Of a stretch of DNA of 60,600 bases, positions 53,707 through 60,600 are shown in pieces (the first letter of the stretch is position 1; the number at the start of each line of letters is the position of its first letter). This stretch comes from Gemmatimonadota bacterium (GTDB taxonomy: Bacteria > Gemmatimonadota > Gemmatimonadetes > Gemmatimonadales > GWC2-71-9). The notes beneath the pieces were generated by a model, which saw nothing but the letters and a program-made list of their open reading frames with translations, was not told the origin of the DNA and made no database searches. The DNA is taken from NCBI GenBank assembly GCA_034440415.1, contig JAWXBX010000234.1, forward strand, positions 1-60,600, given 5' to 3'. The translations under genes and the position numbers were made by a program.

Positions 53707-55088
53707 GCGGGAAGCAGCTCCCGCTGCCGGGAGGATGCTCGACTCACTTCGGCGCGTGAATGAAAGCCGACCGGCAGGGGAAGTTTTTTCAGGACGTGAC
53801 TCTGCAGTCGCAGGAAGCCATTGGCGGCGCGCTGGCAATGCGCCCGCAGCCACGCGCGCGCCTCCGCCGAGTTCAGGTACTCGGCCAGCGGCTCGAGATC
53901 GGCGGGATCGGCCGGCACGATATAGTAAACTGAATGCCGCGGCACCAGGACACCATCACGGTCCACCACGAAGAAGGGTTCTTCCGTGATGTCCTTGCAG
54001 AGGAGCTTGGGCCGCAGCAAATCGGCCAGCGGGAAGTTGTCGTGAAATGCGTACCATGGCTTGCGCCCGACGCACGTGCGACGATCCAGCCGGTCGCGGC
54101 GTTTCGGGTCGCGCAGGAATGTTCCCAGCGCACCGAGCTGATGCTCCGGCAACAGTCCGCCCGCTTCATCGTAGGGTGCCAGCAGGCTGGAGCGGAGCAC
54201 AAGCTCATGGGAGGGCATGATCTGTCGGCCGGACACCGTCGGGTGCGCGAATGACTTGAGTTCCGGCGAAAGCTCGGCGGCAGGCACGACAAACACCCCG
54301 TCCGCGCCTGTCGCCACACCGCAGCTGATTCGCAGGGCGACATCGGAGAGACACATCTTCGAGGTGGAGGGTCGATCAGGAAAGCCCTCGATCACCGGTA
54401 GCCAGGACGCCGTCGTATGTAATGCCACGCTGGCGACAGAGCTGTCGCGGCGCACCACCCGTGTCTGCGCGCCGGGCGGCAGGGCGTTGATTGTCGAGAT
54501 GAGCGGGTATGTGACCCGTTCACCGAAGGTGGCTTCACTGGCGAAATGCAGCTCCTCGACCCCGTGCCGACGCAGCAACCCCCGGAGTGGCGCGGCAGTC
54601 TCGACGTAGATGAACTTCTCCGGCGTGATGAAGACCAGTCGTCCGTCCGCCTTCAATAGCCACAGCGCCTGCTCGAAGAACAGCGTGTACAGGTCAAACC
54701 GGCCGCGCGCCGTGTGGTAGGCCTCCCGATAGGTGATGCGCTCGTCGGGCGAGAGGCCGGTGATCGAAACGTAGGGGGGGTTGCCGATGATGTAGTCGAA
54801 GGACGAATCCAGCCGTTGGAGGAAATCCGCCTGCAGGATCTCAACTTCAGGCGTCTGGCTGAATCGCTCCCTGGCCGTGGCCGCGCGCACCGGATTCTGC
54901 TCGACCCCGACGATTCGGGGTACCACCCAGCGATTCGCGGCACAGGCCCGCAGCACTCCCGCTATGAACTCGCCATCGCCGCAGCCCGGATCCAGGACGG
55001 ATGCGTCACCCCCTGGCGCCCGCTCCACGAAGAGCTTGGCGACCATCAGGTCAACGACGGCTGGCGGGGTGGGAACGAAGCCCTTCAC
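53703..55088 (-). CDS. Mirror copy: gamma-class N6-adenine DNA methyltransferase
   Basis: Reverse complement of 5513..6898. Confidence 0.9.
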   Translation of the reverse strand: MKGFVPTPPAVVDLMVAKLFVERAPGGDASVLDPGCGDGEFIAGVLRACAANRWVVPRIVGVEQNPVRAATARERFSQTPEVEILQADFLQRLDSSFDYIIGNPPYVSITGLSPDERITYREAYHTARGRFDLYTLFFEQALWLLKADGRLVFITPEKFIYVETAAPLRGLLRRHGVEELHFASEATFGERVTYPLISTINALPPGAQTRVVRRDSSVASVALHTTASWLPVIEGFPDRPSTSKMCLSDVALRISCGVATGADGVFVVPAAELSPELKSFAHPTVSGRQIMPSHELVLRSSLLAPYDEAGGLLPEHQLGALGTFLRDPKRRDRLDRRTCVGRKPWYAFHDNFPLADLLRPKLLCKDITEEPFFVVDRDGVLVPRHSVYYIVPADPADLEPLAEYLNSAEARAWLRAHCQRAANGFLRLQSHVLKKLPLPVGFHSRAEVSRASSRQRELLPA

Positions 55089-55148
55089 GGGAAGTCCACC
55101 ATAGAAGTTGCAGGAGGGCGAAGTTGAAGCGAAGAGATACCGAAATAA

Positions 55149-55238
55149 CTATCGGTGGTGGCTGAAGGCAAGTGCGGTCCCGCTGGTCACGATTGTCCCG
55201 ACGGCGTTGAGGATCTGCGCGGAGACCGACGGAGCCGC
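55149..55238 (-). pseudogene. Mirror copy: lipoprotein-paralogue 3' remnant
   Basis: Reverse complement of 5363..5452. Confidence 0.5.
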
Positions 55239-55274
55239 ACAGTCCCTATCGAGACGAGTCAAGCTGAATATGCC

Positions 55275-55290
55275 CAACCGCCCAATCGCC
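55275..55290. repeat. Mirror copy: octamer repeat (2 units)
   Basis: Reverse complement of 5311..5326, checked base by base. Confidence 0.85.
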
Positions 55291-55691
55291 TATTACTTGG
55301 GCCACGGTTTAGTTGATACTACGCGGCGTAGCGAACGCGCGGATGATGGAAGAACTTCTTGACGCGCGCGGGCCGGCGATGGTGTCGATGATCGGCACAG
55401 CGAGGCCGGCGTGCTCAGTGCGGCCGCAGCCCGCAAGAAACGCGAGGAAGAAGAGCGGGGTCCGATGTGGCATTGGCAGCCTGCGAGGGGGCTCCGGATG
55501 AAGCTGAAGCGCGATGATGGAATTGGCAAGCTGCCGAGGCGGGGTACGGCGGAGCGATGGTTCCCGTGCCGCACTCTCCTGTCAGCCCGAGCCAGTAGAG
55601 CGGGCGGTGCGAGCAACCGCGGGATTGCGCAACCATCGGTCGCCGCGCGACCTTCCGCGGGCCGCCTCACAACGCGCGGGGAGTGGAAACG

Positions 55692-55725
55692 CTGATGGGG
55701 GGCTCCCGAAGGAGCCCCCCGTCAG
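55692..55725 (-). terminator. Mirror copy: putative terminator hairpin
   Basis: Reverse complement of 4876..4909. Confidence 0.5.
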
Positions 55726-55743
55726 GCATGGATTGGTGGCGAC

Positions 55744-56202
55744 TCAGCGCACCCGGCAGCTGGCCGTTCCGCTCGCCACGACGACGCCGGCGGCGTTGAG
55801 GATCTGGGCCGAGACCGTCGGCGCCGCGGCGGAGATGAAGGTGCGGCTGATCGCGGTCGCACCGGCGGCGATGTCGGCCGGGTTGCTGTCGAAGTCGAAG
55901 CCGGCCTGGTCGCCAACAGCCGTCTGGGCCGGAGCGGCCGCGCCGTTCGCGCCGGAACGCACCCTGGCGGTAAATCGTCCGTTGAGCGGACTCAGGTTGT
56001 TGCCGTCCACGGAAATCCTGGAGCGGGAGGGCACCCGCACGTCGCACGTCACTCGTGCGATGGCAGCATTGGCCCCGACGCCGGTGTTGGCCCCGCCAGT
56101 CGCGTTGGCACCGCTACCCGCGGCGCTCGGGTCGGTGCTGGAGGTGGCGGAACAGGCGGCGAGCAGAGTGACGGCGGCTGGAATCAGGAAGGCGATACGC
56201 AT
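55744..56202 (-). CDS. Mirror copy: hypothetical lipoprotein
   Basis: Reverse complement of 4399..4857. Confidence 0.7.
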   Translation of the reverse strand: MRIAFLIPAAVTLLAACSATSSTDPSAAGSGANATGGANTGVGANAAIARVTCDVRVPSRSRISVDGNNLSPLNGRFTARVRSGANGAAAPAQTAVGDQAGFDFDSNPADIAAGATAISRTFISAAAPTVSAQILNAAGVVVASGTASCRVR

Positions 56203-56434
56203 GGAACGCTCCGGAATGAAGGGATCATCGTGAGTGATGCTCTGCCGTCCTCATGGGCATCTCTCCTGCCATCGGTGATTTTCCGAAAAGCCATTCACCC
56301 GCAAGAGGTTACCAAGTCGGCTTCTGATTCTCCCTTGCACCGAATCGCTACAAACCCCAGCGAAACGGATCACCTCGTGTCCCCCTTTCCCCTGACCATC
56401 TGCCCGTCCGACCGCCCCCACTTACATTCCCCTT

Positions 56435-57451
56435 ATGGATCACCACGACCCCAACGGCGGCTTCCGCAACCCCTGGCCCGGCAGTGAAGTCAGGGGATAC
56501 GGTGACCTGTTCAAGTGGTTCCTCGATCGCAACACGACCCATCGTCCCGCCGCCGATCCACCTCGCGGCAGCTTCCCCGCCGCCACCCCGAAATTCGGGC
56601 TGGCCGGTCGGAAGGGTGCGCTCGCTATCACCTGGTGCGGGCACTCGTCGGTGCTGATCGAGTTTCCCGGCTGCACCGTCCTGACCGATCCGGTCTGGGG
56701 CAGTCATGCGGCGCCGGTCCCGCTGCCCCGGCTGCGGCGCTTCATGCGCCCTCCCGTACTCCTCAGCGCGCTGCCGGCGATCGACATCGTACTGCTGTCG
56801 CACAATCACTACGACCATCTTGACAGCGGCACCGTCCGCGCGCTCGCACGGCTCCACCCGCGCGCCGTCTGGTGCGCACCGCTCGGCCTGCGTTCACTGC
56901 TCCGGCAGCTTGGGGTGCAGGTCATCGAGGAGTGCGACTGGTGGGGCACGCTCCACGCCGCCGGCGCCACGATGGGCTGCACCCCCGCGCAGCATTTCAG
57001 CGCCCGCGGCTTTCACGACCGCAATCAGTCGCTCTGGTGTGGCTGGACCGTCCGGGTGGGGAATCGTGCCGTGTTCTTTGCGGGCGACACCGGCCTGCAT
57101 CCGGTCTTCGGCGAGATCGGCCGGCGCTTCGGCCCGTTCGATGTCGTCCTCCTGCCGATCGGCGCCTATGCCCCGCGCTGGTTCATGCAGGCCATGCACA
57201 TGAATCCCGAGGACGCGCTCGAGGCGTACGCCGCCCTGTTAGGCGCTGCCGCGTCGCAACGACTGGCCGCGGGTGCATCGCACTCCATCCGCCCGCCAGC
57301 GGTGGTGCCGATTCACTGGGGCACCTTCAAGCTCACCGACGAAGCACTCGATGAGCCACCAAAACGCTTCCGTGCCTTGTGGGAGAAGATCGGCTACGAT
57401 CCCGAGGGGCTGTGGCTGCTGGCGCATGGTGAGACGCGGGTGCTGGGGTAG
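56435..57451 (+). CDS. Mirror copy: NAPE-PLD-like MBL-fold hydrolase
   Basis: Reverse complement of 3150..4166. Confidence 0.85.
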   Translation: MDHHDPNGGFRNPWPGSEVRGYGDLFKWFLDRNTTHRPAADPPRGSFPAATPKFGLAGRKGALAITWCGHSSVLIEFPGCTVLTDPVWGSHAAPVPLPRLRRFMRPPVLLSALPAIDIVLLSHNHYDHLDSGTVRALARLHPRAVWCAPLGLRSLLRQLGVQVIEECDWWGTLHAAGATMGCTPAQHFSARGFHDRNQSLWCGWTVRVGNRAVFFAGDTGLHPVFGEIGRRFGPFDVVLLPIGAYAPRWFMQAMHMNPEDALEAYAALLGAAASQRLAAGASHSIRPPAVVPIHWGTFKLTDEALDEPPKRFRALWEKIGYDPEGLWLLAHGETRVLG

Positions 57452-57539
57452 GGTAGCAGTGTACCCCTTGCCTGAGATGAGATAGCAGCTCGCCATGGGC
57501 GGAGCTGGAGCTCCGCCGCCACCTGGCTTCTTGCCGTCC

Positions 57540-57555
57540 CAACCGCCCAATCGCC
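57540..57555. repeat. Mirror copy: octamer repeat (2 units)
   Basis: Reverse complement of 3046..3061. Confidence 0.85.
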
Positions 57556-57608
57556 CCTCCCTCGCGCCGAGTCGCGGCTTCGCCGCTCCTAAGGCGCTTC
57601 GGTCGCGC

Positions 57609-60226
57609 CTACTCCCGCCTCAGCGCCTCCACCGGATCCAGACGCGCCGCCCGCTGCGCCGGCACCCAGCAGGCGACCAGCGCCACGGTGGCAAGCACCA
57701 CTGCCGCACCAGCAAAGGCGAGCAGGTCCGTCGCCGTCACGCCAAACAACTGATTGGCCAGCACCTTCCCCAGCAGGAACGCCGCGGCCAGCCCCGTACC
57801 GAGTCCGGCGGTGGTAAGCAGTAGCCCGCGGCGCACCAGCATCCAGCGCACCTGTTTGGATCGGCGCCGAGTGCCAGTCGCACCCCGATCTCCTGGGTGC
57901 GCTGGGTGACATCGCTCGACAGCACACCGTAGAGTCCAATCCCTGCCAGCAGCAGCGCCGCCAGCGCGAACACCCCGACCATCCCGGTCCGCGTCCGTGC
58001 CTCGGCGGTCGCGATCTTCAGTTCGTCTTCCAGTGGTGCGATCCCGTCGATGATCTGGTCGGGGTCGATCGCATGTACCGCGTCGCGTACCTGCTGAGTC
58101 AGCGCTCTGGGGTCGCCGCTCGCGCTCAGCACGATCGTCAGCAGTGGCCAGTAGGTCTCCTGGTATGGCACATAGATCTCCGGTACCGGCTCCGGCTGAT
58201 TCAGCGTCATGCGCAGGTCGCCGACGACACCGACCACTTCAGCCCAGCTCTGGGGCGGCCCTCCGCCGGACCTGGTGTCGAGCGTGAGGTAGCGGCCGAG
58301 CGCCCCGCCGGGAGGGAGGTACATCCGGGCAAAGGTTTCGTTGACGACCACCTCCCGCGGCTCCTGCGGTCCGCGGTTGGAGCTCCACAGTCTCTCGCCG
58401 CGCACCGGGATGTTGAGGGTCTGGAAATAGCCGGGATCGACCGCCCGGTACGAGATGGACCTGTCGCCCAGCAGAGCCGCCCAGGGCGACGTCGCGTCGC
58501 GCAGCTGCACCGGGCGTGACTGGGCACCGCCTTCGAGCGGCAGCCGATCGGTCATACCAACGGACCGCACCCCGGGGAGCGCCACGAAACTCTCGAGCAG
58601 CCGGCGCTGGAACTCGTGCAGTCGAGTGTCGCCCGCATCCCACGACCAGTTGATCCGCACCGCCAGCGCCCGGGTCTCGCCCAGCCCCGTCGGAGTGTCC
58701 GCATCTGGTACAGACTGCGCCCCAGCAGCGCGGCGCCCACCAGCAGGATCATCGAGAGCGCAACTTGAACCACCACCAGCGTCCGTCGCGCCAGCACCCG
58801 GCTGCTCGAGGGCGTCGAGCGACCACCGGCCCGCAGTGCTTCGTTGCCCGCCTCCCGTGCGGCTCGCCACGCCGGCACCAGGCCGACACCGAGTCCGGAA
58901 ACAACAGCGATCAAGGCGGCGAAGCCCACGACCCGGAAGTCGAGGCTGACCTCAGAGAGTCGGGGCAGTTCGGACGGGAGGACGCGGGCGAGCAGCGGCA
59001 CGCCGATCCAGGCGAAGATCAGCCCCCCCTGCGCCGGCAATCGCGATCCAGAGACTCTCGATCAGATAGAGCCGGAGCAGGCTGGCACGGCCCGCGCCCA
59101 TCGCCACCCGGATGGCCGCCTCATGCCGGCGCTCCGCGCCACGGGAAAGCAGCAGGCTCGCCACATTCACGCACGCGATCAGGAGCACCAGCCCGACGGC
59201 CCCGAACAGCAGCAGCAGTGGCTCGCGCGCCGACTCGGTCTCGGCCGCCAGCAGCGGCACCACGCTCGCGCGCATTTCGCCGTCGGTTTCCGGATACGAC
59301 GTGGCGAAGCGCCGGCCAATGCCGTCGATTTCCGTCTGCGCGGCCGTCAGTGTTACCCCGGGTGCGAGCCGACCGACGATCGCGAAGTAGTTGCCCTGCT
59401 TGCGACTCGCCTGCTGCAAGCCGCTGCTGGCCGGGATGACCAGGTCCTCGCCCTCCGGGTAGCGGAACGACGTTGCAAGGATGCCAATGACGGTATAGCT
59501 GGTCCAGTCGACCGTGATGGCCTGGTTCAGCGTCTCCGGCTTCCCGCCGAAGCGCCGCTGCCAGAGGCCATGACTCATGAGCGCGACGGGTGCACCGAGG
59601 CCGTCACGCTCCTCGTCGGTGAAACTCCGGCCCAGCATGGGTTCGATGCCAAGCAGCTGCAACAGCGGGCCGAAGGTACGGAGCGATTCGATCCGCTCCG
59701 GTTCCGCGTTGCCGGTGAGCGTGGCGGGCTCGCCGTAAAAGCCGGAAAGCTGGGTGAGGGTCGTGGCGCTGGCCCGATAGTCGCGCAGCCGCTCGGCGTT
59801 GCCGCCGATCAGTTCGCCTTTGCGCACCTCGCGGAAGCTCACCAGTGATTCCGGGTTCAGCGCGGAGAGCGGGCGGAAGAGCACGGTATCGACCACGCTG
59901 AAGATGGTGCTGGTGGCCCCGATGCCGAGCGCCAGGGAGAGCGCCGCGGTGGCGACGAATCCCGGCCGACGGCCGAGACTGCGGAGCGCCTGTCCCGCTT
60001 CCCGCACAATGCTATCGACCCACGCGATTACCCGGATCTCGTCGTGCCGCAGTGACACATTGCCGAAGCTCCGGCGCGCCTCGGCTTCCGCCTCGGCGGG
60101 CGTCATGCCCCTGTGGATGTTCTCGCGGGTGCGCTCCTCGATGTGAAAGGCCATCTCGTCGGCCAGATCAGTGGAGAGACGCTCACGGCGGAACAGCGAA
60201 TCGATGATCCTGGAGCGGACACTCAT
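57609..60226 (-). pseudogene. Mirror copy: frameshifted ADOP-family permease
   Basis: Reverse complement of 375..2992, with the same three frameshifts. Confidence 0.85.
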
Positions 60227-60228
60227 GG

Positions 60229-60573
60229 TCACGCTCCCGCTGCGGCGAACCGCAGCACATGGCCGACGCCCTTGAGCAGCCGGTCCCAGCTTTCCTCTTC
60301 TTCCGCCAGCTGCGTGCGCCCCTTCGCGGTAATGCCATAAAACCGCGCGCGGCGCCCGGTCTCGGTGATGCCCCATTCGCTCTTGATCCAGCCGTCCTCT
60401 TCCATGCGGTGCAGCGCCGGGTAGAGTGAACCCTCCTCGACTCGCAGCAGGTCATGCGAGATGCGCTGGATCTGGCTGGTGATGGCGTAGCCGTGCAGCC
60501 GCGACCGGCTCACCGTCTTGAGGATCAGAAGCGTCAGGGTGCCCTGGAGGACGTCGGTGCGGGGTTTGGCCAC
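60229..60573 (-). CDS. Mirror copy: PadR-family transcriptional regulator
   Basis: Reverse complement of 28..372. Confidence 0.9.
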   Translation of the reverse strand: MAKPRTDVLQGTLTLLILKTVSRSRLHGYAITSQIQRISHDLLRVEEGSLYPALHRMEEDGWIKSEWGITETGRRARFYGITAKGRTQLAEEEESWDRLLKGVGHVLRFAAAGA

Positions 60574-60600
60574 AAAATCCCTCGATAGCCAGGTAACTAG

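Overview
The 60,600-nt window is one perfect, spacer-less palindrome. Nt 30301-60600 are the reverse complement of nt 1-30300, with the axis between 30300 and 30301. Only about 30.3 kb is therefore unique, and every gene appears twice as a mirror copy at 60601-x on the opposite strand. The axis cuts through a coding region (the RidA-like C-terminal domain of an SDR-RidA fusion ORF). I recognised no telomere resolvase, transposase, integrase, phage gene, rRNA, tRNA or CRISPR array. The most economical reading is a fold-back chimera or hairpin contig. A real inverted duplication or hairpin end cannot be excluded from sequence alone.

The unique arm is visibly GC-rich bacterial chromosomal-type DNA. 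A PadR regulator paired with an ADOP-type duplicated FtsX permease hints at Acidobacteriota or Gemmatimonadota (inference only). In order along the arm:
- PadR regulator, then an ADOP permease broken by three +/-1 frameshifts.
- A NAPE-PLD-like MBL hydrolase and a lipoprotein.
- About 650 bp of non-coding or degenerate DNA containing a remnant of a lipoprotein paralogue.
- A type II restriction-modification pair: a gamma-class N6-adenine methyltransferase plus a PD-(D/E)xK candidate nuclease.
- A run of small housekeeping or accessory genes: low-affinity iron permease family, RidA, YiiD_C thioesterase, EamA-like protein, IYD-like nitroreductase and an NAD(P)-binding protein.
- A frameshifted MBL hydrolase and a membrane-anchored Ser/Thr kinase.
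- A TauE-like permease, enolase-superfamily enzyme, ornithine cyclodeaminase-family enzyme and AsnB cluster.
- A translationally coupled DUF305 and beta-propeller lipoprotein pair.
- A divergent acyl-CoA cluster: benzoate-CoA-ligase-family enzyme plus FadB-like bifunctional enzyme on one side, creatininase-family protein plus SDR-RidA fusion on the other.

A dispersed octamer tandem repeat (GGCGRTTG)n occurs at four loci per arm, one of them inside the SDR-RidA coding sequence. I found no convincing novel multi-gene system. The palindrome, the octamer repeat family and the uncharacterised CoA cluster are the items most worth follow-up.
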